Origin: Macrostomum hystrix
Lineage: Eukaryota; Animalia; Platyhelminthes
Direction of reading: 5' to 3'
Assembly: GCA_950097015.1 (NCBI GenBank)
Contig: CATNEN010000007.1
Location: 4,712,001 to 4,776,000, forward strand
DNA: 64,000 nucleotides
Shown: positions 26,501 to 38,607 of the stretch, piece after piece
How positions within the stretch are numbered: the first letter of the stretch is position 1
Layout: every line of letters starts with the position of its first letter
Made by a program: the position numbers and the translations under genes
The notes under the pieces: model-generated
Databases searched by the model: none
What the model saw: only the letters and a program-made list of their open reading frames with translations
Told to the model about the DNA's origin: nothing

Positions 26501-29500
26501 GGATTAACCAGTGGGTGACCTCAAAGCACAAGGACAGATGGATCAATACCGCCGATTGTCGGCAGTCTCGCGCTGCTGTCCCTTGTCCCTCCACTGCCCT
26601 TCGCAAAGCCTTGCTTGGACTGAACCGCAAGGACATCAGGGCAGTCACCATGGCCCTCTCTGGCCATGGCTGTTTCGCCAGGCACCGCTTCCTGCAAGGC
26701 AAAATCCGCAGTGAGGAATGCCCCTTCTGCCTCTCCTATGTTGAGGATGCAGAGCATTTTATTTGCGACTGCCCCGCCTTCACTCAGGACCGGCTCACCT
26801 ATCTCGGCCCAAACCCGGATCTCCCCGACGTTTTCAGGCCTGAGAACATCTGCCAGCTCGTCCGATACCTGAGGGCCACCGGGCGAGCAACCCTCCACCT
26901 CCTGGACACTCCGGAGGAGGACCGCGCTGCGGACGCCGGCACCACCGGATCCCCCTGCGCGACACCGCAGCTCTAGTTGCCCGTGGTCGCCAGGGGCTAG
27001 CGGAATGGGCGGCAACGCCTCCCCGCTGCATCCGGAAGATGCCCCCTGCAGCTAAGTCAAGTAAGTCAAAGGGGCTTTTAGTGGGCTGGCACATGGACTT
27101 TTAGTGGGCTGATACATGGACTTTTAGTGGGCTGGCACATGGACTTTTAGTGGGCTGATACATGGACTTTTAGTGGGCTGGTACATGGACTTTTAGTGGG
27201 CTGATACATGGACTTTTAGTGGGCTGGCACATGGACTTTTAGTGGGCTGGTACATGGACTTTTAGTGGGCTGGCACATGGACTTTTAGTGGGCTGATACA
27301 TGGACTTTTAGTGGGCTGGCACATGGACTTTTAGTGGGCTGGCACATGGACTTTTAGTGGGCTGATACATGGACTTTTAGTGGGCTGGCACATGGACTTT
27401 TAGTGGGCTGATACATGGACTTTTAGTGGGCTGGCACATGGACTTTTAGTGGGCTGATACATGGACTTTTAGTGGGCTGGCACATGGACTTTTAGTGGGC
27501 TGATACATGGACTTTTAGTGGGCTGGCACATGGACTTTTAGTGGGCTGATACATGGACTTTTAGAGGGCTGATACATGGACTTTTAGAGGGCCGATACAT
27601 GGACTTTTAGAGGGCCGATACATGGACTTTTAGTGGGCTGATACATGGACTTTTAGAGGGCCGATACATGGACTTTTAGTGGGCTGATACATGGACTTTT
27701 AGTGGGCTGATACATTGAATTTTAGTGGGCTGGTACATAGACTTTTAGTTGGCTGGTACATGGACTTTTAGTTGGCTGGTACATGAACTTTTAGTGGGCT
27801 GATACATGGACTTTTAGAGGGCCGATACATGGACTTTTAGAGGGCCGATACATGGACTTTTAGTGGGCTGATACATGGACTTTTAGAGGGCCGATACATG
27901 GACTTTTAGTGGGCTGATACATGGACTTTTAGTGGGCTGATACATTGAATTTTAGTGGGCTGGTACATAGACTTTTAGTTGGCTGGTACATGGACTTTTA
28001 GTTGGCTGGTACATGAACTTTTAGTGGGCTGGTACATGGAGTTTAGTGGGCCGATAACTGAACTTAAAGTGAACCGGCAGATGGACTTCTAATGGGTCGG
28101 CAGATGAACTTTTAGTGGGTCGGCAGATGAATTTTTAGTGGGTCGGCAGATGGACTTTTAGTGGGCCACCAGATTGGGAGATCGGATTGGTTTTTAAAAT
28201 GATTTTAAAGCACACTTTTCAATTCTCACCTGCCCACTGGAGTCCATCAGCGAGGCGTTCACATTTTCGGCCCGACCAAAGCAGGCGCTCTTGGATACGA
28301 ATTCCAGTGGCGGTTTGGCAGTCTTGGCGGAGTCAGAAGTCCACACCTGTGCGGCGGTTATTGGATAATTAGTTGAGATGGCCTTAATGATGTCAGTGCG
28401 AAAGGAATTAGACACACACTGCAATCATTATAAGTGGACATCAAGGAAAAGGAAGTGGAAATCAAGGAAATGGAAGTGGAAATCAAGGAAATGGAAGTGG
28501 AAATCAAGGAAATGGAAGTGGAAATCAAGGAAATGGAAGTGGACACCAAGGAAATGGAAGTGGACATCAGGTAAATGGAAGTGGACATCAAGGAAATGGA
28601 AGTGGACATCAAGGAAAGGGACACCAGGAAACAAGCAGTCAAATCGGTACTCAACGGTAATCTCAGCCAAGGGCGGAGCCACGGTCTTGGCCTTAAATCG
28701 ATATTCCAATCGGCGCTCGTCATTTTCGTCGGCCACACAGCGCAACGTCCAGCCACCGAGGCCGATCTCGTCGTCCCCGGTGTTGCGCAGCCGCACAAAC
28801 CGGCCGTCCGGATCGATCTCGGCCACCTGCAGCGGACCCTGCTGCTCCTGGCTGGCGGTGAGTCGCCGCTCCTCTTTGGCTTCTTCCTCGCCGTTCTCGC
28901 AAAAATCTTCGTCCAACCGCTGCCGCTTGCCGCCGTGCCGATGCGGCGAATAATTAGTACGGCGCTGCTCGTCCTCCAGCAGCTGGCGGTAGGCCAGGAT
29001 CTCCTGGTCCAGCGCCAGCTTGCTGGTCAGCAGGTTGTTGTACTCCTCCAACTGTTCTGCCAGTCGCTCGCGGTTCTTTCTCTCCTCATCGCGCAGGAAG
29101 TCCAGCTGCTGCTCGAAGCTCTCCCTCTCGCGCAACAGCGCCTCCTCCAGTCGAGCCTGGCTCGCCCGCATCAGCTCCGCCTCCTTCAGCGCCTTCTCAA
29201 GGGCCAGCTCGCGATCGTTTAGGCGGCGTCGCAGCTCCACCAGCTCGACACGGGTGCTCCTGGCGAAGTGGATTAACGATTAGCACGTTGGGGTGAAGTA
29301 ATGAACATTTGAGATATTTTCTGTTCTGTGATCTGAGATAAGATTTTTGCCTTAATCGGGAAGGGATTAACGATTCCCATCAAGGGATTAACGATTCCGG
29401 TATAGGAATTGACGACTTCTATGAAGGGATTATCGATTATGGTAGGAATTAACCATTTTAAGGTAGAGATGAAAAATTCCAAGATGTATATTAACTATTC

Positions 29501-32500
29501 CAAGGTAAGGATTAACAATTCCAAGGTAGGGATTAACTATTCCAAGGTAGGAATTAACGATTCCCGTGTTTGGATTAAAACTACATGAAGACAGAAGTAA
29601 ATAAGGCACCCAGACACACCTGGCATCCTGTGAGTACTTGTCAGACGCGGACCTCAACTCGTCCATCTTGGCCTTAAAAGTGGTCTCCAAGTTGAGCCGG
29701 AACTCGGCCGCGGATTGGTCAGCCTCCTGCCTGGCTCGGCGAAGCTCTTCGCACAGGCGCGACTCGTACTCGGCCTCCTGCACCCGCGTCACCTCCTCGA
29801 CGACGACGCTGCGCTCCTGGAAGCGGCTGCGCTCCTCGCGAAGCAGGCTGTCCCTGAAGGCCGCCTCTTCCTTGGCAGTCTGCAGCCGGTTCTCCAGCTC
29901 CGTCTTCAGCTTCACCTCCGTCTCGAGCTGGTCGCGAAATGTGCGCAGCTGGGCCTGCGTGTCCTGCAGCTCCGACTGGCATTAGAGGGCCGGGGGAACG
30001 GTTCAAGGTCAGAGAAGCGTTTGTGAGCTCGACTGTTGCTACGATTACCAATACCCCGATGGGATAGTAGGATTATCGTTCATATGTGCCATGGGATAGT
30101 AGGATTATCGGTTCTATACCCATGGGATAGTAGGATTATCGCACCTATGACCCATGATATGAGAGTATTATCGTTTTTATACCCCGTGAGATGATATGAT
30201 TTTTATTGCATCCCAAGGAAAGCTTTCCTTAATATTTATGGGAGCTAAACATGCATAATCGGTTTCTGCCAAAAGTTTTTAAGTCTCTCTGCACTGGTCC
30301 GAGGGGCCGTGCTCGGCGATGGTGGAGAAGATGCGAGGACTTACTCTGTCTGTATATTAGTTGCTAAGGGATTCATGTACAGCCAGAGGATAGATCAGAG
30401 AGATGGGGAAGAGAGGCTTTACCCAGGAGCAGTTGGTTTTCATCATCATCGTTGTTGGGTGCAGAGGCTCTCGCAGCATCCTAATATATTTTTGCATTGC
30501 TCCAGAAGAGCAGCGATGTCGTTCTCACAATCAACATGGGATACGAGGATTATCGTAGTCGCTACCCTAATAAGTTTGTCGGATTTTTTGTTGCTTCCGG
30601 AGGCCAAGTGGAATGAAGGGTTTCCCTGAGCCCATGTCCCAGCAGTCTAGCTGCAGCAAATTAATTGAAGAGTGGCGGAAAAAAACAGCGCTACCCACCA
30701 AATGCAAAATGGCTCCCAGATCATTTTTCTAAGATAAATAGACAAATATGGAAAATTAATTTTCTGAATTGTCATTAGTGACCTTGTCAATTTATTTCTT
30801 TTTAATTTGCTTCCTGGAATGATTGCTTTACGCCCAGCAGTTGGCTAGGCCCCACTCTGAATTATGAATGATCCAATAAAACTACAACTTGATGGATTTT
30901 TATATCTAGAAGAGAAGCAGAATCGCATTTTAAGCTTGCCTAGGATCAGCACTCTACTCTCTATACGCGACAGACTCCGAGATTCGCAATGCTGCTAGCC
31001 GTTCTGCTAATGCTGGGAGCGGTGCCGCGAACGGTCATTACCAACAGCCTGGAGCAACGGGGCTGCCCGACCTTCTCCTACAAGGCAATCAACGGTAGCC
31101 TATGCATCAATAGGCAGTTTGTTGAAATCCCAAGAATTACAGTTGGCCTAGCAACAATATCGGAGTTGGAGTGCTCATTGCACTGCAGTCAGAGACAACT
31201 GTGTCAGGCATTCAGCACAGCCGATGGTTCCTGTCAGCTGTTCGTGTTTGACAAGTGCAGTCGCGCCGTGAGAAACTGCACCGCCTGCGCTAGAACTGGC
31301 AAGGTGTTTGTAAAGAAACAGGCAGGACTGCAGCCGGGACAGCTGTGTCCGCCTGGCTACACGGACAGGCAGTGCGGAGTGCGCTACAAGGCCCACCTGA
31401 ATCCCATCAGCTGGCGGGATGCCAGCGACAGGTGCCATAATGAGAGCGGCCTGGTGGTCATGGCGGATGTGAACGATGCGACCGAGATGGCCTTCATCAA
31501 CACAAACTATGATGCTGGCTACTACCAACACGGTTGGTGGCCCTTCTGTGGCTTGGGTGAATGCCACTGAAATACCAGCAGTGGGTGGGGTGAATGCCAC
31601 TGAAATACCAACAGTGGGTGGGGGTGAATGCCACTGAAATACCAGCAGTGGGTGGGGGTGAATGCCACTGAAATTGAAGTAACCAAACACATTCTCCCCT
31701 CGAAACAATTCAGCGAAGGCGCTGTGGCTGGGTGGCATCCAGTGGCCGGTGCTGGCTCTATCCTCAGCCAACTGGAGATGGGCCAGCTGCGACACCGCGG
31801 TGGATGTCAGCCTGTGGGGCAGCGGACAGCCGGACAATTACCTGGGCGGTGAGAACACCATCGGTCGATGGAACGGCGCACCGGGGCTCAACGACTACCC
31901 GGAGAACCCGCCCGCTTTTAACAAACCAGCCGCCTTCCTGTGCGAGTGCGTCTCGCCGTTCGACTAGAACGAGGCCAAAAGCTGGATCTGTGCACTTTGC
32001 CACTGACTCATTGCACTGGTTAACAGATACCAATGATTATTGCGTCGAGTTACTGCTCTCTTCTATATTTATTTTAAATCTTACCTAAGTTATAACTTAT
32101 ATAATGCCGAGCAAACACACATTCAGTACCTCCATATGCACATCTAGTAATAAAATTTAATATGATTGAGATCAAGGAAAGGAACTAGAGATTGATATCT
32201 AGAGAGGGAACTAGAGATGATTAGAGATCTAGAGAAGAAAAGATAGATTATGAGGCTCAATCAAAGCACCTGCAGTCGCTGATTCTCCCGTTCCATTCGC
32301 TCGGCCATCAGTTGAGCCTTGCGCAGGCTGGCTGACTCCTTTGCGCTGGCGGCTGCGGCGGCCTGCAGAGCGGCGAGGCTGTCGCGCAGGCGGGCCGCCT
32401 CTGCGCGCAGTTCGGCGGCTTCGGCTTCGATCTCGGCAGCCCGGTCCAGATCATCCTGCTGGTCCTTCAGCGACCTGCGGGTGACCGGGTGGTTGGCAGC

Positions 32501-34076
32501 TGAGGAGACTCACAGAAATACCTAAGGTGACTCACTGAAATACCTAAGGTGACTCACAGAAATACCTAAGGTGACTCACTGAAATACCTAAGGTGACTCA
32601 CTGAAATACCTAAGGTGACTCACTGAAATACCTAAGGTGACTCACTGAAATACCTAAGGTGACTCACTGAAATACCTAAGGTGACTCACTGAAATACCTA
32701 AGGTGACTCACTGAAATACCTAAGGTGACTCACTGAAATACCTAAGGTGACTCACTGAAATACCTAAGGTGACTCACTGAAATACCTAAGGTGACTCACT
32801 GAAATACCTAAGGTGACTCACTAAATACCTAAGGTGACTCACAGAAATACCTAAGGTGACTCACTGAAATGCCTAAGGTGACTCACTGAAATACCTAAGG
32901 TGACTCACTGAAATGCCTAAGGTGACTCACTAAATACCTAAGGTGACTCACTAAATACCTAAGGTGACTCACTGAAATACCTAAGGTGACTCACTAAATA
33001 CCTAACGTAACTCACTGAGGGACCTGAGGAGACTCACGGAGGGACCTGAGGAGACTGACTGAGGGACCTGAGGAGACTGACTGAGGGACCTGAGGAGACT
33101 CACTGAGGGACCTGAAGAGACTGACTGAGGGACCTGAGGAGACTGACTGAGGGACCTGAGGAGACTGACTGAGGGACCTGAGGAGACTCACGGAGGGACC
33201 TGAAGAGACTGACTGAGGGACCTGAGGAGACTGACTGAGGGACCTGAGGAGACTGACTGAGGGACCTGAGGAGACTCACGGAGGGACCTGAGGAGACTGA
33301 CTGAGGGACCTGAGGAGACTGACTGAGGGACCTGAGGAGACTGACTGAGGGACCTGAAGAGACTGACTGAGGGACCTGAAGAGACTGACTGAAAACAAAG
33401 GTATAGAAGTCGAGACCCATTTCAACTGTGACAAAAAGCAATGAACAGAAGGCAATTCCTACTTCTCCAGGCTGGCCACTCGTTTCTCCGCCTGCAGGCG
33501 GTCGGCGGCGGCCTTGTCAAGCGCCAGCTGCAGGTCGGCTCTCTCGCCGGCCAGCCGGTCGAGCTGCTGGCGCAGACCGCCGATCTCGCGCTCGTAGAGC
33601 CCAGTGCTCTGGTTGACCTCCTGAGTAGTTGACTCGCTTAGCGACTCGTATTGTCGGCGAACAGTTTCAGCAGACTGCTGCTGGGAGCGGACGAATTCGA
33701 TGTAGCAGGCCAGGCGGGTGTTGAGATGGGCCAGCTCCTCCTTCTCCTGCTCGCGGGAGATCGCCAAGGGGCTGCGCGACCGGCGGCGACTGTTGGCGGA
33801 GGCCGACGCTGATGCTGAAGTCGACGCGGACGATACGCCCGCCGAGGCTACCGGGGTGCCAGTGAGCAGAGAGGTGACCTTCTTTGTCACCGTGGTTATG
33901 ACCGTGTCGCCATCCTGCTTCTGCAGCTGCTGATGGGCAACAGCTTCCTCCACGAGGTCCTGGTGCTCCTCGCTATGCTCAGTGACGATAACCTCCTCCT
34001 CGGTGAGCACAGACTGGGCCTGAGCCTCGGCGGCTTTCCGCTCTGTTTTGCGAGCCTTGACTTGCTTAGCTGACAT
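23505..34076 (-). CDS. LMN: Nuclear lamin (B-type, CaaX), 6 coding exons, 673 aa
   Basis: join(33463-34076, 32270-32474, 29620-29975, 28656-29259, 28230-28346, 23505-23630) = 2022 nt, all junctions GT-AG and phase-consistent. Motifs: CDK-type SP + coil 1A ([29 protein letters not shown]), [14 protein letters not shown] rod end ([18 protein letters not shown]), NLS-like KRQR, lamin tail Ig domain ([19 protein letters not shown]...GGWTL...VWTSDS...VVAWRK), C-terminal CCVM-stop. Confidence 0.95.
23655..24080. repeat. 23-bp minisatellite, left copy (duplicated target of the retroelement)
   Basis: GGGGCTTTTAGT followed by 18 units of GGGCTG[GC/AT/GT]ACATGGACTTTTAGT, in the last lamin intron. Confidence 0.95.
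24081..27070 (+). mobile_element. 5'-truncated non-LTR retrotransposon with RT, RNase H and CCHC domains (Loa/R1/I-group-like)
   Basis: Uninterrupted 962-aa ORF 24088-26976 containing [46 protein letters not shown] and YADD; RNase H FTDGS / SDSQAA / WIPGH..GNELAD; and CX2CX8HX4C. The 3' tail is TAAGTCAAGTAAGTCAAA. No endonuclease or ORF1 is present. The clade assignment is by recalled domain order only. Confidence 0.93.
27071..28165. repeat. 23-bp minisatellite, right (original) array
   Basis: Same unit as 23655-24080, degenerating towards 28165. Confidence 0.95.
28437..28615. repeat. 21-bp intronic repeat (ATCAAGGAAATGGAAGTGGAA)
   Basis: About 8 copies inside lamin intron 28347-28655. Confidence 0.9.
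30989..31967 (+). CDS. Secreted PAN/apple-like + C-type lectin domain protein (265 aa), nested antisense in lamin intron 2
   Basis: join(30989-31532, 31714-31967), phase-1 GT-AG intron containing a ~34-bp repeat. Hydrophobic N-terminus ([13 protein letters not shown]), PAN-like [25 protein letters not shown]-like [32 protein letters not shown]. Confidence 0.8.
32503..33392. repeat. Two abutting 22-bp arrays in lamin intron 1 (GACTCACTGAAATACCTAAGGT; GAGGGACCTGAGGAGACTGACT)
   Basis: First array ~32503-33010, second ~33013-33392. Confidence 0.95.
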
Positions 34077-34263
34077 TTGGCTGCTTGATTGGTGCCAGAA
34101 ATAGGCACAGTCTGGCACTGAAATAGTTCATTGAAAGGCACAAATTAGATGATGAGGCATTCAAGTACATTTGGCTGCTTGATTGGTGCCAGAAATAGGC
34201 ACAGTCTGGCACTGAAATAGTTCATTGAAAGGCACAAATTAGATGATGAGGCATTCAAGTACA
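34073..34263. repeat. Exact 94-bp tandem duplication covering the lamin start-codon context
   Basis: 34074-34169 is repeated at 34168-34263. Confidence 0.92.
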
Positions 34264-34629
34264 CGACCGATTGCATATTTACTTCTGCCTTTTACCCAGT
34301 CAAAAAAGTCCATGTGTGGCTTTATAAATCTAAATTGCAAAAGCATTTCTGTTTATATAGTTTTTATGTTGCTTGTTTTCTAGATGCCATTCTAGGAAGT
34401 TTAAAATAAGACTTTAAATGTTAAAAAAGTTATTGAAAATTTTCAGTTTCAGAGGAGTCCAAAGACAAGCATAGTAGCCAACTAAAACCTTTGATTTTGC
34501 CAAGCTATTCACTCTTACTGATAGTAACCACAGCTAGAATGTTAAGCTGGGACAGATAGCATATTAGACAAATTTTCATGTATTTTCATTAACTCTATCA
34601 CTATATTCTTCAGCAAGAGCTAATTACAT

Positions 34630-37628
34630 CATGACTGTAAGCAAGAATGCCTAGTACAAATAATGCTTACACCATGACTGCAAGCAAGAATGCCTAGTAC
34701 AAATAATGCTTACACCATGACTGCAAGCAAGAATGCCTAGTACAAATAATGCCTACACCATGACTGCAAGCAAGAATGCCTAGTACAAATAATGCTTACA
34801 CCATGACTGCAAGCAAGAATGCCTAGTACAAATAATGCTTACACCATGACTGCAAGCAAGAATGCCTAGTACAAATAATGCCTACACCATGACTGCAAGC
34901 AAGAATGCCTAGTACAAATAATGCTTACACCATGACTGCAAGCAAGAATGCCTAGTACAAAAAATGCTTACACCATGACTGCAAGCAAGAATGCCTAGTA
35001 CAAATAATGCTTACACCATGACTGCAAGCAAGAATGCCTAGTACAAATAATGCTTACACCATGACTGCAAGCAAGAATGCCTAGTACAAATAATGCCTAC
35101 ACCATGACTGCAAGCAAGAATGCCTAGTACAAATAATGCTTACACCATGACTGCAAGCAAGAATGCCTAGTACAAATAATGCTTACACCATGACTGCAAG
35201 CAAGAATGCCTAGTACAAATAATGCTTACACCATGACTGCAAGCAAGAATGCCTAGTACAAATAATGCTTACACCATGACTGCAAGCAAGAATGCCTAGT
35301 ACAAATAATGCTTACACCATGACTGCAAGCAAGAATGCCTAGTACAAATAATGCTTACACCATGACTGCAAGCAAGAATGCCTAGTACAAATAATGCTTA
35401 CACCATGACTGCAAGCAAGAATGTCTAGTACAAATAATGCTTACACCATGACTGCAAGCAGGAATGCCTAGTACAAATAATGCTTACACCATGACTGCAA
35501 GCAAGAATGCCTAGTACAAATAATGCTTACACCATGACTGCAAGCAAGAATGCCTAGTACAAATAATGCTTACACCATGACTGCAAGCAAGAATGCCTAG
35601 TACAAATAATGCTTACACCATGACTGCAAGCAAGAATGCCTAGTACAAATAATGCTTACACCATGACTGCAAGCAAGAATGCCTAGTACAAATAATGCTT
35701 ACACCATGACTGCAAGCAGGAATGCCTAGTACAAATAATGCTTACACCATGACTGCAAGCAAGAATGCCTAGTACAAATAATGCCTACACCATGACTGTA
35801 AGCAAGAATGCCTAGTACAAATAATGCTTACACCATCACTGCAAGCAAGAATGCCTAGTACAAATAATGCTTACACCATGACTGCAAGCAAGAATGCCTA
35901 GTACAAATAATGCTTACACCATGACTGCAAGCAAGAATGCCTAGTACAAATAATGCCTACACCATGACTGCAAGCAAGAATGCCTAGTACAAATAATGCC
36001 TACACCATGACTGCAAGCAAGAATGCCTAGTACAAATAATGCTTACACCATGACTGCAAGCAGGAATGCCTAGTACAAATAATGCCTACACCATGACTGC
36101 AAGCAAGAATGCCTAGTACAAATAATGCTTACACCATGACTGCAAGCAAGAATGCCTAGTACAAATAATGCTTACACTATGACTGCAAGCAAGAATGCCT
36201 AGTACAAATAATGCTTACACCATGACTGCAAGCAGGAATGCCTAGTACAAATAATGCTTACACCATGACTGCAAGCAAGAATGCCTAGTACAAATAATGC
36301 TTACACCATGACTGCAAGCAAGAATGCCTAGGCCTAGTACAAATAATGCTTACACCATGACTGTAAGCAAGAATGCCTAGTACAAATAATGCTTACACCA
36401 TGACTGCAAGCAAGAATGCCTAGTACAAATAATGCTTACACCATGACTGCAAGCAAGAATGCCTAGTACAAATAATGCCTACACCATGACTGCAAGCAAG
36501 AATGCCTAGTACAAATAATGCCTACACCATGACTGTAAGCAAGAATGCCTAGTACAAATAATGCTTACACCATGACTGCAAGCAAGAATGCCTAGTACAA
36601 ATAATGCTTACACCATGACTGCAAGCAAGAATGCCTAGTACAAATAATGCTTACACCATGACTGCAAGCAAGAATGCCTAGTACAAATAATGCTTACACC
36701 ATGACTGCAAGCAAGAATGCCTAGTACAAATAATGCCTACACCATGACTGTAAGCAAGAATGCCTAGTACAAATAATGCCTACACCATGACTGCAAGCAA
36801 GAATGCCTAGTACAAATAATGCTTACACCATGACTGCAAGCAAGAATGCCTAGTACAAATAATGCTTACACCATGACTGCAAGCAAGAATGCCTAGTACA
36901 AATAATGCTTACACCATGACTGCAAGCAGGAATGCCTAGTACAAATAATGCTTACACCATGACTGCAAGCAGGAATGCCTAGTACAAATAATGCTTACAC
37001 CATCACTGCAAGCAAGAATGCCTAGTACAAATAATGCTTACACCATGACTGCAAGCAAGAATGCCTAGTACAAATAATGCTTACACCATGACTGCAAGCA
37101 AGAATGCCTAGTACAAATAATGCTTACACCATGACTGCAAGCAAGAATGCCTAGTACAAATAATGCCTACACCATCACTGCAAGCAAGAATGCCTAGTAC
37201 AAATAATGCTTACACCATGACTGCAAGCAAGAATGCCTAGTACAAATAATGCTTACACCATGACTGCAAGCAAGAATGCCTAGTACAAATAATGCTTACA
37301 CCATGACTGCAAGCAAGAATGCCTAGTACAAATAATGCTTACACCATGACTGCAAGCAAGAATGCCTAGTACAAATAATGCTTACACCATGACTGCAAGC
37401 AAGAATGCCTAGTACAAATAATGCTTACACCATGACTGTAAGCAAGAATGACTAGTACAAATAATGCTTACACCATGACTGCAAGCAAGAATGCCTAGTA
37501 CAAATAATGCTTACACCATCACTGCAAGCAAGAATGCCTAGTACAAATAATGCTTACACCATGACTGCAAGCAAGAATGCCTAGTACAAATAATGCTTAC
37601 ACCATGACTGTAAGCAAGAATGACTAGC
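34630..37628. repeat. 43-bp minisatellite (ATGACTGCAAGCAAGAATGCCTAGTACAAATAATGCTTACACC)
   Basis: About 70 highly homogeneous units. Confidence 0.97.
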
Positions 37629-38607
37629 TCTGCTGTATACAAAGAGTGAATTTGATTTCTATATAAATGTTCAATATATTTGGTGGCAAGTTAAATTCTA
37701 AAAAAGTTATTTGTGCTTTGAACATGTTATTATATATAGGCCCCTTATTTTTGGAACTACAAAAATACTCAATATCAACTATATGCATTATAAATCAGTG
37801 GATACACAGCGCAAAGATAGTTAACATGTACCACCTTCTGTTGTTTTTTACTAGTGGACATTTATTAAGTCAAAAATTTAACTGAATAAAATAACAAACA
37901 CAATTTTGTGCTTAAACAACAATAAATATTAAATATGGCTTATTTCAAATAGGCCCTAGGCCTACCAAAACACAAAAAGTCTTTGTAAATCACAAAAGGA
38001 CAATACAATGACTCCTCTAAGTCTAACATTAATCCAGCTAATTAGATTTGCAAATACCCAAGAGGACCTAACAGGGACTACTTAATACTCTGGGAGTTAG
38101 GGATTTAGTAGTCCCTAGGACCTAACTTTAAATTAAGGAATCACTAGCTACAACTACAAGTTGCAAGATGAGGACACTGCCACTTGCTAATTCCTAACTC
38201 TGCTGCCTGCTCATGAAACAAATATGACTTCAAATCACACTTGGAATGATTTATAGCCATAAACTAGCACACTAAGCTCCCTTTGGGGGGCACAACTGTT
38301 CATACAAAAAATTTTGTGTAATGCAGAAGGACAAAACACACCTGAAAGCAAACAAAAACAAAAACTCATTTGTAAGTATTAATTTCCCTGATTGTGAATA
38401 TATATGATTGCGATTCAACAAGAATTTGAATTCTCACTAAATACAAAATAGTCAGTCCAAGCTTTAATACATTCTGAGACATCCGGTCTGTACACCAAGA
38501 GCCCCATTGGGGCAAAAGTACACAAGTAACTTACGTTTGATACAACTCAGCTTAAAGCTACTAAGGTACATGTGAATACAATCCCCTTAGCAGTAAAAAA
38601 CCAGTGT

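Noticed and set aside
24413-27094. Numerous short ORFs overlapping the retrotransposon
   Set aside because: Alternative-frame and antisense ORFs typical of GC-rich coding DNA.
28378-29222. Plus-strand ORFs such as SRKWKWK repeats and MEVDIKE
   Set aside because: They are antisense to a lamin exon and its 21-bp intronic repeat.
31533-31713. Apparent frameshift or pseudogenisation of the lectin by a 34-bp repeat
   Set aside because: The repeat lies within a phase-consistent GT-AG intron, so the spliced ORF is intact.
34630-37628. 43-bp regular repeat considered as a CRISPR-like array
   Set aside because: The units are directly adjacent with no unique spacers, the context is eukaryotic, and there are no cas genes.
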